DNA from: Lepidodermella squamata
Lineage: Eukaryota > Animalia > Gastrotricha
Direction: 5' to 3'
NCBI GenBank assembly: GCA_047495785.1
Contig: JBLDXI010000001.1
Span: forward strand, 1,240,001-1,304,000
DNA length: 64,000 nt
Shown here one piece after another: positions 26,515-39,660 of this stretch. Made by a program: the position numbers and the translations under genes. The notes beneath the pieces were generated by a model. It saw only the letters and a list, made by a program, of their open reading frames with translations. It ran no database searches and was not told the DNA's origin. The first letter of the stretch is position 1. Each line of letters starts with the position of its first letter.

Positions 26515-27333
26515 ATGTGTGGCAACAAAGCTGTCCGCCGTCTTCTTGTTTCGTTCAACGTCATTTTCCTGCTTCTCTCGCTGTCGCTGATCGGCATCGG
26601 TTCTTGGATTATTTCCGACTTCACCGCCATCCTCAAGTACGCCCCGCCTCATTTGAGTGAAGACAAACTGCTGATTCAGGATGTTGGCATTGCTGCTGTG
26701 TCAATCGGCGTCATTTCGGCCATCATCAGCTTCCTCGGCTGCTGCGGCGCTGCCAAGGAAAGCCGCAAAATGCTGTTCTCTGTAAGTTTAAATAATTGAC
26801 CTAATTTCGGACATTTTATTTCCCCGTTTTTAGTTCATGCTTTTGATGATCGTCATCCTCCTGGCTGTCCTCGTTTCGGCCATTGTCGCCGTCACGCGCC
26901 AAGACCTCGTCTACCAGGTCATCCGCAAGACCCTGGAAGCCGAGGCCACGTCGAACGGCACCGACACCGGCCTGCTCAAGTTCGCCCACGACACCTTCGG
27001 CTGCTGCGGCGTCACCGACATGCCGACCTGCGACCAGGACTACCCGCCCATCAACACGACCACTGGTGAATCGGTCTGCAAAGCGGGCTCGACCCTTTGC
27101 CAGACCGGCTGCTTGACGAAACTGTGGCAGAACATGTTCTCGCCATACATGCGCGTCGCCTCGACTGTCCTCTTCACCCTGTCCGGCATCGTCGTAAGCA
27201 TAATTTTCCGTCATTTTTTACATCAATTCTGATGGCGTCTATAAATTTTTCCCAGTGCGTCGGAATCGCTTTCGCTGCTCTCCTGTTCTCTTCCGTTGGT
27301 AACCATGGCTACAGCTACGTTCGCCAGGACTAA
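26515..27333 (+). CDS. Tetraspanin TSP-6 (3 exons)
   Basis: FNVIF; SFLGCCGAAKES; EC2 FGCCGVTDMPTCDQDYPP...CKAGSTLCQTGCL; tail HGYSYVRQD*. Confidence 0.92.
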
Positions 27334-28162
27334 AAAGCTCACTAATGAACTCAGAACAAAACTGTAACTAAAAACTGAGCTCAAGTTTGATGAATTATCT
27401 TAAAGCGTGCGTGATAGTACAACTGCATGAATTTCTCACCTCCAAGCGCTTTTCTCGTATTAAAATATTCTTTACAAGGAAACAACAATATAATATGAAA
27501 GTAACATGATCAAAGAATAAAAAGGTTCAAAACAAGCGAGTTGCTGCGATTGATTTAATCGAGTAAAATTCTGTTAAGTAGCTAATTTCAAAAATGATTC
27601 GCTTTTAGTTCGAAAGATTCGTTGTGGAATAAAAATAATGGTCTTGAAGTTATATATACGCCAAGTCGATAAAGCAGCGATAAACGATGAGCGTTGAGGA
27701 AGTAAGCAATTAAGGCATCGCTAACTCCTTCAACCCAAAAATAACCTGTCTATACGTTTGCTTTTTATGGCGGGCGGGCGCGGGCCGATCTCGTGGAAAA
27801 TCATTGCCGAATGCATTTTGATGAGCTGCGCTTTTTGGCGTTTTCGCAATGCAAGGCGTGTTCAGTGAGCCGAGATATTCGGAAACAGCCGATAAAAAGT
27901 AGCCTGGCTATAATAGTATAGCTGAGAATGATATAAGACTGTTTGTAACAAAATCCCACCTTGAGTCTCAACCTCAAATTAGGTATCCATAAATTAAAAG
28001 AAAGAATATCGATATTTGATTGAAAATTCGCACGGGGAGGATTCCATCATCCTTCACGATTTCGAATATTCGAATATTCAACTTTTAATTAACTAATGTT
28101 TTTTCTCGACGCCCGCATTTATTTTTCAAAACACTGTTTCAACATGTTCTAGAAAATCAGAG

Positions 28163-28729
28163 ATGCGGTATTTTGCTATAATTTTTTTTACTGTTCTAAC
28201 GATCGCGTCGGCCTTTGAAGACGAAGAATTCGCAACTCCGGCAGCTGAGGAAGAAACTACCGCGGCTGATAGAAATGTTGACGTTGACGTTGATGGCGTG
28301 CTGAAAAGTATTGACGACGATTTCAACCAGCTGAGAAAGCAGGTCGAGGAGCGCCGATCACAGGTGTCAGAAAAGACCGTCCATATCCAAGTGCTATTCG
28401 ATAAAGCCGAGAATTTGTACAACGAAATTGTCAACCATACCCAAGCTGCTAACGCGACCTTGCATGCTGTCAACATCGACATCGGCATGTTGAATAAAGC
28501 CAAGGAATATTTGAATCTACTGCCTGAGAAACAGGCGGAAATTAGTGGCTACATCAAGAAAGCTCGAGAGGCTATCAAAATTGAAACAATTATTGCAAAA
28601 GAAGCTTTAGATACAGCGAAAAAAGGCCTTGAATCTATTCGCGGAATTGTTTCCACTGCTTCAGCTGCATCACAGCTAACGGCCTCCGGCAGTATTTTGA
28701 CGGCGGCAATTATCGTTCTTTTTATCTGA
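28163..28729 (+). CDS. Uncharacterised secreted coiled-coil protein with GPI-anchor-like C-terminus (paralog A)
   Basis: Intronless 188-aa ORF; signal peptide ending ASA|F; acidic N-terminus; heptad-rich helix; small residues (SASAAS) then terminal hydrophobic tail SILTAAIIVLFI*. Confidence 0.75.
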   Translation: MRYFAIIFFTVLTIASAFEDEEFATPAAEEETTAADRNVDVDVDGVLKSIDDDFNQLRKQVEERRSQVSEKTVHIQVLFDKAENLYNEIVNHTQAANATLHAVNIDIGMLNKAKEYLNLLPEKQAEISGYIKKAREAIKIETIIAKEALDTAKKGLESIRGIVSTASAASQLTASGSILTAAIIVLFI

Positions 28730-29648
28730 GCACCTTGTTTTACGCTTTATTTTTTGTGTATTTTTATAAAATGTGTGCAAAATTAATTTCCTCGAATTTT
28801 TCTCTCAATTTTAAAATTTTTCCACTCATCGATTTCCTCAGCGCATAAGGCAATATTCTTATCGGGCATGCTCCAATGTTGATCCGATTTATTATTCCAG
28901 TTGACCCTGATAAATTAGGGATCTGTAAATGTAATGTCACAGCATATCAGGGAAGACTGTCGAAATTTCGAAAAATTCGAGGAAACAAATCTCTGCGCCA
29001 CTATAATTCTTGGAAATATGTATATTCCTTCATTTCTTATCCGGTGATCGATGTTGATCCTTTCTGAAATAAAACCTGTTCACCTTGTTATCTTAAAGGT
29101 TATTTGTGGCTTTTAAATTGGCCTCATTTTAAATTACGCTCCTCTCAAGCCAGCTTATCAGCTAAAACGTATGAGCAACCGCAGAATATTAATCGAAAAG
29201 GTCACGAAAATCAGAGAAAATCAAAGAAAATTTCAATGTTTCGAAACGTGCGAACAGACCTATAGACCTAACGAGTAAACCAAGAATTGATACACCAATA
29301 AAAATGCAAAAATAATCAGCATGACCTTGCTTTTAATGATATTTTCAGGGTAATGAGTCATCTCGCCAATTTTGCAAGAAGCATGGCGTTTTTTTCCATC
29401 CTGATTCACGATCACCAATGTTTTTGAGTACATACTACGCCGAGGCCATCAGCAAAAAGTGAGACCGCCACGCGATTCCTAATTTTTTAGCTATAAATCA
29501 TGAATCAGGCCATCAATTTAAAGCCATCATTTATCACTTTTCCTGCTTGATAATCACTCCGTTTAATAACCATTTGCCAAAATATGATTTTTCCTTTCCT
29601 TTCTTTTCAATATAGCGATTTCATTGTAATCATATTGAAAATCCGAGA

Positions 29649-30200
29649 ATGCGTGCTTTTGCTGTCGTGTCTATTGCCGCAATCCTGTTTATCTCGGCTG
29701 TGGTTGCCGATGATGCTGGTAAATCCGAACAACCGGGCGAAAAGAGCAACACGGGTGATGTCAAAGTCGACGCTAACGAGGTGCTTAGCAATATCACCCG
29801 CGATTTCAGCGAGCTGAAGAAGGAAATCAGTGAGCGCGAGACCAAGACCAATGAAACCAGCCACATTCAGGCGCTGTTCAACACGGCCGAAAACATGTAT
29901 CACGAAATCTTGAACCGAACCCAGGCTGCTAATGCCACCCTGCACTCTGCTAATTCCGACAACGCTGCAGTTACGGAAGCCAAGGGATTTATGAGCGGCG
30001 AATTGCCCAAGAAGCAGGAACAAATCGGTGCTCTCATCGAGAAGACTCGCGAAGCTCTTCAAATTGAAAGTAAATTGAAGAAGGACATCGATGGAGTTCG
30101 CGGCCTTGTGAAGAATAAGCTATCTTCTGGCGCTTCGACTTGCGTTGCTTCAGCCGTTGTTTTGGCTACCACTATGGCAACTATTGCCTTTACCCTCTAA
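29649..30200 (+). CDS. Uncharacterised secreted coiled-coil protein with GPI-anchor-like C-terminus (paralog B)
   Basis: Intronless 183-aa ORF sharing HIQxLFxxAENxYxEIxNxTQAANATLH with paralog A; SSGAS then hydrophobic end. Confidence 0.75.
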   Translation: MRAFAVVSIAAILFISAVVADDAGKSEQPGEKSNTGDVKVDANEVLSNITRDFSELKKEISERETKTNETSHIQALFNTAENMYHEILNRTQAANATLHSANSDNAAVTEAKGFMSGELPKKQEQIGALIEKTREALQIESKLKKDIDGVRGLVKNKLSSGASTCVASAVVLATTMATIAFTL

Positions 30201-31817
30201 ACATCATCCCGTTTGCTTTGTAATGTTTGACACCTGAAGAGAGAAATCGGATTGATTTAATCAATTGTTTGACTTGTTTGAGCTTGTTTGAATCTAGTAT
30301 AATGCAGTACTTGGCACATTTGATTTATCTGAACTGATATATAGCAACATAGGAAATAATGCGAAATAAAGACGATTGGCGAATGGTTGTTCTATTTGTA
30401 AATTTCAGCTGTTGCAGTCAATGACTGATACTGGTTTATATATTTCAAGAGTCAAACTTCTGATCCTGGAAGTTCTGCGTATTCGAGAAATTGCAGTTTA
30501 TTTATGCTAATAGGATTCAGCATTTTTTTTACTCTTAGACAATTTCATGCGTTTTGCCAACCTAAATGTAAGGTTCCAGGTCATATTTTCCAGAGTCAGG
30601 ATTTTCGAGCATCACGTTTTACGTAGAATCAGACACTTTAAATTTCAGCTGATTCACGCTAGGAGAGGGCATTATGCGAAATCGATTTAAAAAATCAGGG
30701 ATTTATTCAATAGTTTCGGAAGGCATCATCATAAAGCTGACGTCGCCGGGTATCTAAAATGGTAAAATCATATGGGAAATCTGGGGCATCTCAAGATGAG
30801 AAAAGCTGGAATCCCAATAATCGGAAAATTTCACTCTAAATGGGACCTCAATGTTACGGGGCAAGTTGAACCTTAATAAAAAATCTAGATAGATAAAATG
30901 GACTTTGCAGGATTTCCTGTTGTGTCTGCAATAGATGCGCTAATTCGCTATTTCACCCGATGTCTGATTCCTCGAGTTTATCCGCCTTTAATTCCGTGAA
31001 TTTGCCCAGAAATAGTAGGAAAAGGCTTTTAAACTATCGGAGCAGCTGTGCTTAGATATGCCCAATATAAAACGTGGGAATTCTTGCTGTAGATACCCAA
31101 CCTTTCCATAGTGGTTCTATTACATGAATGGGCTAATTTTGGCCAAAAAAATCGTTGCCCGTGTGCAGGACCGGCTATATTTTGTTACATTCCAGACAAA
31201 AAAGCGCGTAGTGTGTGCTATGTGCAGATAAATCATAGATAAGATGTTGGCCCTGTTGGAAGGAAATATTATTCCTGTACTCCAGATACAAGTACCTGAG
31301 AGGTCGTTGTGTAAATTGTGCACAAGTGTGTCGCCGCCCGCCTATAATAATGACGAAACACCGCAACGCGTGATGATTCATCACCGCCGTCTCCTCGCCC
31401 GCCCAAGCCGCGCATATTATAGCAGGTGACGAGGCATAGGCGGCACCACTTCGTGTGGCCGCAACGAGTTTCACTTTTCGGGTATAATGCGATTCGGTAC
31501 TTTCGGTGCCACGCAACAAAAATACCTATGCGAAAATAATAATTAGCCAGCGATAGCCAATAGGCGGTGTCGCGACTAAACGCGGCTTATTGCCTTTACA
31601 AATAAATAAATATTATGGAATTGCTGGCGTAGTGACGACGCCGACTATGAAACATCAAGGTAATAAAAGCGTTATCGTGTTTATTTACTCTGCGATTTTG
31701 CTGATTATAGTGCACAAAAAATTGCAGCCCCTTTTTTCATGAATAAGCCTGATAAAAACCGATTCCCCGATTAATCCCAATTTTTTAAATAATTTTACAT
31801 AGAATCTTCAAATAAAT

Positions 31818-32755
31818 ATGGCTGTTCAAGGCTGTGGTCTGAAATTCATCAAGTACTCACTATTCGTTTTCAACCTGATTTTCTGGGTAAGGCATTGTTC
31901 GCATTATATCAATCTAAAATAGTCATTTTTTCTATCTGAAGTTGATTGGTTGTGCTCTTCTTGCCGTTGGAATCTGGTTTTTAGTCGATAGCCAACAGTT
32001 TTTGAAATATGCAAGCAGTAAGAAAAAGATGACATATTTAGCAAAATAAGCTTGATTTTCCTATTTTTCTAGATACGTCGGTCGGTTCCAGCCAAACCAT
32101 GGTTCTCGGTCTCGGCATCGGCGTTGTCGTCATCGGCGCCATCATTATGATAACCGGATTTTTGGGATGTTGCGGAGCGGTTCGCGAGTCGGAATGCATG
32201 TTGGCATCGGTAAAATTAGGATTCTCAAATAATTATTGCCCTTAATTTTTTATTTTCAGTTTTTCGCTATTTTACTTCTCATTTTTGCCGCCATGGTTGC
32301 TCTTGGCGTCATCTCCCTCGTCTACAAAGATCCAGTAAATTGGAAATATATAATTCCTAATAGAGATTACCCTTTTTTAATTTATAGATTAAAAATTTTG
32401 TGAGGGATGTAATGAATGCGGAAGCCAGTGCAGGCATACAGGATGGTATATTAAAATGGTCCAACGACAAGGTAAAAATCAATCCCATGAGTTTTATTGC
32501 TTTCTATCTTTTCCCTTCGCCATCTAGTGGGGTTGTTGTGGTGTTGAGAGCCAAACTGCATGCAAGGTTGCCTACCCGCCAACCAGCGTTTGCACTCTAG
32601 GCTCGACAAAATGTTCGAACGGTTGTCTCGACTCGATCTGGAATAACCTAATTTTAAACATGGCTAACGGCGCCGGCATCGCCCTTCTCGTTACATGTGG
32701 TGTGCTGCTGTTCGGCATGGTTTTTGCCATGATTTTATGCTGCAAGGTGCGCTGA
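31818..32755 (+). CDS. Tetraspanin TSP-7 (most canonical member)
   Basis: MAVQGCGLKFIKYSLFVFNLIFW; GFLGCCGAVRESECML; EC2 WGCCGVESQTACKVAYPPTSVCTLGSTKCSNGCL; ends MILCCKVR*. Confidence 0.93.
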
Positions 32756-33229
32756 TCAACTGCTTATTGTTGAATCGTTGCAATACTGTCATGCGATATT
32801 TTATCTCCTCTCACGCAAAGCTTCGAAATTGTTATATTAAGCTGGCTTTTATCGCGCTGAAATTTTCATCATCAATATGTCCGTTAATTGAAAAGGAAAA
32901 GCAGTAAATTATTCGGAACTTTTTTCGATTACTTTTGTTAAATTTTGGCGAACCGCCAATGCTCTCATCGCTTCTATTTTTGAGCATTCAAATGATGACC
33001 GACTTTAAATTACCAAGGTGTTGGACGGCGGTGCGGCTTTTATAGTTCGAATTGAGGTCACATTAATACAGCCTGGAAAGAGGGCTAGGTCATAATTACA
33101 GACAAAAAATCACCACGTCTCGCCAAAAATCACGGTCAGCAAGGCCATTCGGTGCATTTGGCTATATTTATATGGTGTACTTAGTTGCTGAAATAAAAAC
33201 ATCGCCGAGTATTATATTGTTGGAAAATA

Positions 33230-34161
33230 ATGACTGAAGACAACGTCGGCCGCGAACAGCAGCCCGGCGTGAGCGTGGGCGTCTCAAGATCGACGCCACT
33301 TTTAATTTTACAATGGATTTTGCTTGTTTTCAATTTTTTGCTATGCGTAAGTTATTTTAATGAATCGAATATCGCTGCATTTTTCCGCATGCAGGTAGCC
33401 GGTGTATCTGTCCTTCTACAAGGCGCATGGCTGCTGGCTGATGCTCAAAGTTATTTCCGGCTTTTCTTAGTCACACCTCCACCAGCTACTCTCAGTCATG
33501 CGCATTCGCTGATTCAGAGTCTTGGTATAAGCCTGACAATTATTGGCTCGTTGGGTTTAACCGGCGGCTTCATCGGCCTTTGCAATATTATTCGATCGCA
33601 TCAAGGAATTTTAGCTCTGGTATAACCTATTTTCATTTTCGTTTATTTAACATTTTTCTCGTAATTTCCCCAGTATTTAACCCTGATGACGTTCATGTTC
33701 TGCTCCTTCCTGGCAATTGGCCTGATTTCAATTAGGCAAGATGAGCCTGGCAGCGACGCGATCAGTGACGTGATGGAGGACGAAATTGAGTTCAATGCCA
33801 ATAACGGCTTACTCGCATGGACTTCGAATCGATTCAACTGCTGTGGCATCTCCAGTTTAGATTATTGCGATCGCGATTATCCAGGTCGTTATTGCTTAGC
33901 GAATTCAACGTCCTGCGAAAAGGTGAGAAAATTAATTAAAAAAACCCACCTTAATAATTTTCGCCACAGGGTTGTCTCACTGAATTTATTGAAAATATCG
34001 CTCAACCAACGGCTCATTTCGCCGCAATTATTTCGTTTGCTTCGTGCGGTGTTTTAGTAAGTAAAATCTCATATTTTCGAGTCGCTGTTTTACAGCTTTT
34101 TTGCTTCAAGGTAATCGCAGTTGTTGTCTCGTTGTTGGTTTGCTGTACACGGCATTTTTAA
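33230..34161 (+). CDS. Tetraspanin TSP-8
   Basis: LLVFNFLL; EC2 FNCCGISSLDYCDRDYPGRYCLANSTSCEKGCL. Confidence 0.85.
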
Positions 34162-34861
34162 TCGCCCAATTCATTTTCAACAACAAATTTATTCAAGCTT
34201 TACGATACTCGATGGGCCGGGCGGTTATTATTATTTCTTTAAATCGCCGCCGATAAGACACATATTTGAACGATTATTGAGAGAAAAATCTATTTCTTTA
34301 TTATCGCATCTTGCTCTCTCTCTATTGTTTGCTCAATCCCCTGGGTGTTTTAGTAATTGTTCGGCTTTTGGCATTATTATCGTTACTAAATATAACGTGA
34401 ACTTCTACTTCGAAATGGCAGCAAAACTTTTCGATTTTATTGTACATAATTGTAGATAAAAGTCGAGGAAATTTATTTGAAATGATTGCGTTAATGTTGT
34501 AATTTCACTTTTCATATCTTCATTACGAATATTATGATATTAATTAATTAGTCGAAATAAAGGCGAGAGCATTGTGAAATCGCGTTTTTTCCCCCGTTTT
34601 TTGATGTCGCCGTTCAACAATCGAATTGAAGCAGGGCGCGTGATTCTCGTTATTGGTGATTAAATTTCGCGCTGGTAAATGACGTAATGCTGAGCAGTAG
34701 GTCACTGCGATTTTCTAACGACGACCGTATACGCAAAAGAGTGAGGTCGTGTACTATCATTATTTGTCAACATGCCGATGTCGCAATGACATAAAAAATC
34801 GGCGTTTTTGATATCTACAATATTAGACCCTGTAAAATTTTTATTGCAATAGAACATCAAA

Positions 34862-35731
34862 ATGACGCTTAACAATTATTGCTGCAGCTTGAGTACTGCC
34901 AAAACTTGGCTCTTCGGATTTATCCTCATTTTATGGGTAAGTGCTTTGCTTGTAAACATTTTTTAAAGTAGCATGTCGTCTTTCAGGGCATCGGCTCAGT
35001 TCTAATCGCATGTGGTATCGTAATTTTACTCGACTGCCAACCGATTTTCGTATTTTCGGAAATCGCATCCGAAAACGAAGATGTCCAACAGGCAATCATG
35101 CTGCTGAACAGCCTGATTGCTGTTTTGCTGATCTTGGGCACTGTTCTAATGATCGCTGGCTTTATCGGCTGTTTCGCGACGGCGATTGACAATCAGCGGA
35201 TGATATGTTTGGTAATAACCCTGACTATTTTCCAGAACAAAAATCGAGTCCCATTTTATTTTTAGTTTTTCATCACTCTCTTCGTTGTCATGCTCGGTCT
35301 GCTGTCGATAAGTGCAATTTTTATCGTTCAGCAATACAAACTGAGGGTGATGCTCGAGGCGATAATGAAAATCGAGCAATCGGCTAATACACAAAATGGC
35401 CTTTTAAACGCAGCCCACGAAGAGGTAAATTTCAAGTTAAAATGCTGAAAAATTAATTTTTTGTTCCAACTTATAGCTTGGATGTTGCGGTATCCGGAAC
35501 ACGGCGTTTTGCACGAAAGACTACCCTCCTAACATGATGTGTCACTTTGGCTCCAGGAATTGTCGCCGCGGCTGTCTCGACGACGTATGGTATCGCCTGG
35601 TAATGCCGAAAATGCGTGTTTTCTTGGGAATTTCTCTCACATCGTGCGCGCTACTCGCCATCGGGATGACACTTGCCGTATACGTTTACGTGAAAATTAA
35701 CGACTCGTTATTCGATGAAACAATGCTTTGA
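34862..35731 (+). CDS. Tetraspanin TSP-9
   Basis: MTLNNYCCSLSTAKTWLFGF; GFIGCFA; EC2 LGCCGIRNTAFCTKDYPPNMMCHFGSRNCRRGCL. Confidence 0.85.
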
Positions 35732-36147
35732 TAATAATTGTTTGGCCCGGGGTCAAAGTATACACCTCAAAATAGGTTTTTTTATCCATTTTTTTGTCGT
35801 AATAAATAATTATTTCATTCAAACATCATGTCTTTTGCCCCGGAATACGTTGAAATTGGTTCACGAGAAATGGAGAAAAAATCAGAGACGGCTCAGTTTG
35901 TTGTGGAAATTTTCTTTCCATCTGCTCGCTCAGTAAACACGATCGTGCTTAGTTTTTCACTACTAACAAACCAAAGCAGTAGGACTTAGCTTTGCTTTAA
36001 TAGTATTATTAGATTGGAGGAAACAGCTTTATTCACCTAAATCTTTAGTGATCGACTCAACTCTTTAAAATTGTCCAAGTCGCCAGAGTAAAATACTGAT
36101 TTGGAAGAGGAATTTTCCCGGGAAATTCCGATTTTTAGACGAATAAC

Positions 36148-37226
36148 ATGATAGCAGAGAAACTTGTGCTCGGACTGATGATAAGCTCATTTGTCCTGTT
36201 CATCTATATATCGGTTGCCTTGCTGGTCGCCGGCGATTGGATCAATACCAGCTTTTCATTGGTTTCTCGCGACAGCAGTCAAACGAGTGGCGAGAACAAA
36301 TTCACGTTCAAAGCAATCAGCATAACGACCATAACCATTGGAGCTTGCTCTTTATTTGTATTCGTCATATCCTTACTGGTTACGGCCACGCTGAAAAATC
36401 ATTTCAAAGTTTATGCTACGGTAATTTTTTTGTAATTATTCAATATTTTCTCGTTCGGCAAACCTCGAACTTTAAAATTCAAACTTCGAACATCCAAATT
36501 CCAAATTTTAATAAAAATCAAGAATCACAGGGCAATAAAGTAGGAGTTAGAGTCCAGCGATTTTTTATTGCCATTCCATTGATCAAAATTCGTTTTTTTC
36601 AATTGAACTAGGTTTCTGCTTCATTCACAATCCTCTTCTTGATCTCATTGGCAACCGGAATTATCACATTATCTTATCAAGGCGTTGTGAAATCAATGCT
36701 TCGTCAAAGTTTGGAACGCGAGCTGGCTTCGAATAACTCGATGAAAGCCCACACGCCGCTGCTTCGATACGGCTTTATCCACTTCAACTGTTGCGGCATT
36801 GATTCTGCTCAATTCTGCGAGCTTGATCATCCGCCTTATAGTCATGTGGGCAATTCGACCTGCCCAAAGGGATCAGACCTTTGCCAACTAGGATGCTACG
36901 ATGTCTTGTGGACTAGCGTGTTCCAACGATACCTGATACGAGCCGGATTACTTCTGATATTTCACTCAATTTCTTTGGTAATTTTTTCAGTGCTATTTCA
37001 AACGATATTTTTGACAGTTTTTTGACAGTTCATGGCGACTATTCTCACATTTGTCATGTTCCGGCTAATCCGAAGCGCGAAAGAGAGAAGCAAGCCGGTA
37101 GTATTCCTTAAAACAGACTCGATCGACATCAACACCTATTTCACTTTCGTTAAAACGCCTGTTTACTCTGAAATGATTAATGTCAGCTCGAGTAGCAAGT
37201 CGCTGCTTTTCGACAACAACGACTGA
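36148..37226 (+). CDS. Tetraspanin TSP-10
   Basis: Three exons; EC2 FNCCGIDSAQFCELDHPPYSHVGNSTCPKGSDLCQLGCY. Confidence 0.82.
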
Positions 37227-39660
37227 TCGCACTGAGTGTGAAGAAAATTCAATTTTGCGAAAAATAAATTGATTTTTTGGCACGATTTTGTTGTCTTGTC
37301 AATATTATTATGATGGGTTTTTCTCGGTTCTTGTGCGCTGAAGCGACAGCAGACACTTCGGCAATATTATTGCACCGGTGCTATTCGCACCTGCCGCCGG
37401 AAATGATGTAGCAAATTAATGATCCAAATCACTTGCCGTGAGGCGCGAGAACAAATAATAAACAAAATATAGTGCGCATTGCACCGTCTTACAATACACA
37501 AACAGTCTCCGTCTCCTTCCGAAAATTGGGTGATTTTTTTTTAAATTTCAATCGATTTGTTTGTCGCACGATTTTTTTTTAAATTGCTATCGCGACGTTG
37601 GATTAGAGGCGAATCACCTTTGTATACTCGAAGATATTGAGATTTGTGACTCGTAAATGAAGGAGCTTCATCCGATCAGGAATATAATTGTTTGACGCGA
37701 CGCTGCCTGCCCTCTCAATATACACACAGAGACACACTTTAAATCGATTCTGATTTTAAATAACTTTTTCTGTCTCAATTTATCTCTCTTCGCCGTCATA
37801 TTCTCTCGGCCAGCGCGCTCGAATTTGATTATTTTTTCAGCGATATAAAGAAAGCGCGAAAAGAGCCGTTTTTTATTCACCCTAATCTCTCTAGGCCATT
37901 ATAATATAGATTGATAAAATCACATTTTTCGAATGATTTATTCATTATTGCGTCTTTCTTATCGCCGCCTTGCATTTTTTGTCGCTCAAATATAGGCGCA
38001 AAATGCCATGAAAAGTAATAGGAAGACAGTGCCTAAAAATAAACTCGCATTTATTCGCCAGTATATCGTTTTGTTTTTGTTTATTAATTGCAATATTTTT
38101 TAATAAAAATTTGAAGAACACGGCCGGTCATATTGCCGGAAGTTCCGCTCAAAATCGACTATCGATAATTTTCAATGAAAACATTTTGCCGCGAGTTTCA
38201 AGTGCTGACAGCAGCAGTCAGGTGAATGAACATCACAGAGTTTCGCGCGAGCTAAAATATACCTGTTTATGAATGCGCATTTTTTCCGGTTTTACACTCG
38301 CGGCTCAGATTTATTCTCTTGATAATAACAAAACGCGCGTTTTATATTGAAATGCGCAAAAAAATTCGAATAACCAGGGGGGCATTAGGCTTTGTCATTT
38401 ACATGGAAATATACTTTTTTTCGTTTTGTTTGCCTAAACGTGTGCGTATTTTCAGGTACGAAAGCTGGTTTCGCTCTTCTCTGCTTTAGAGTTGCTTCCA
38501 TTTTTTTATATAATGTAACACAGGATAGCGCTATGTCAAATATTATAATTGAGTATTTTTTACTGCGACTCGCCGCTTCCTTGGTCATACACCGCATCCT
38601 CGTGGCTCTTAGATGGCGTTCCGCGGGCGATATTTCTAATAATTATACAGCAGATATAATGAAGTCTACACGTAAGAATTGTGTAAACACCCGTCGCAAT
38701 ACATACATACATATAAGCGAGTTTGTAGTAAAAATCGGCCTGCAAGTCGCGACGATAAACAGAGGCGGAAACAAAAATTATTTGCCAGCTTGTATATTAT
38801 TAGCTTTAGTCGTGTGGAGTAAAAATATTCATATACGCGAGATGATGCGCTTTTGCCCGCCCTATATAACTGGCCATTTGTCAATATTATAGCAAAAACA
38901 GTATATTGGTCGCATCTCATAGTACATGATAGAGACTGGCCCAGAGAGATCAAACGCGTTAGTGTCACGCCATGAAATTTCCTTTGAAATCGTTAAACAT
39001 AATAAACAATATATAGTAGCTTTAATACACCTTGCTCGTCGGTTTGATTGAGCTTCCTATTTGTCCCATGTGACCCATTCCGCATTTGTTAATTTTTCCT
39101 GTAGAATAGCTACCTTAATCGATACCGCGTTTGACGAAATTGAGCCTAACTAATAGCGCTAAAATTACAGGGGCTCTTTTTCATCATATCATGTCGCATT
39201 AGCGGTATCTTTTTTTATTATACACGCGAATAATAAAGTAGCAATAAAATTCTTGTATCGCAACAATTAGCGTTGAAACCACCACTTGAGTTGATGCCGT
39301 GCATCATATACAACATGATAATGTAATATCGCAGCGTGTCGCGTGGGACTGACCTTATGCGCGACCTCATTCTGTGAAGCGTCGCCATGTTATACGCAAA
39401 TTCCTACGGCCGCACCCTGTTGCCGTCGCCGATAATAAAACGTGTGCATGGCAGGTACTTGTTGTAACCAACGCTATTTAAATCATCGCCCTTATCGCAG
39501 CGCGGCTCTTTTCATAATTGGCTGTCAAATTGTTTGGCTAAATACTACTCAGGAAAAAGTCGATCCATATAATTTATTGCGACATTAAATAATGTTATTC
39601 GTTTATTTTCAGGATAAATTAATTAAAATATGTAATTAATCCAATTAAACTCTGCCAATC

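Noticed and set aside
37668-38968. ORFs between TSP-10 and TSP-11 (e.g. 38392-38892)
   Set aside because: Non-ATG starts, no CCG motif or domain similarity, intergenic composition.
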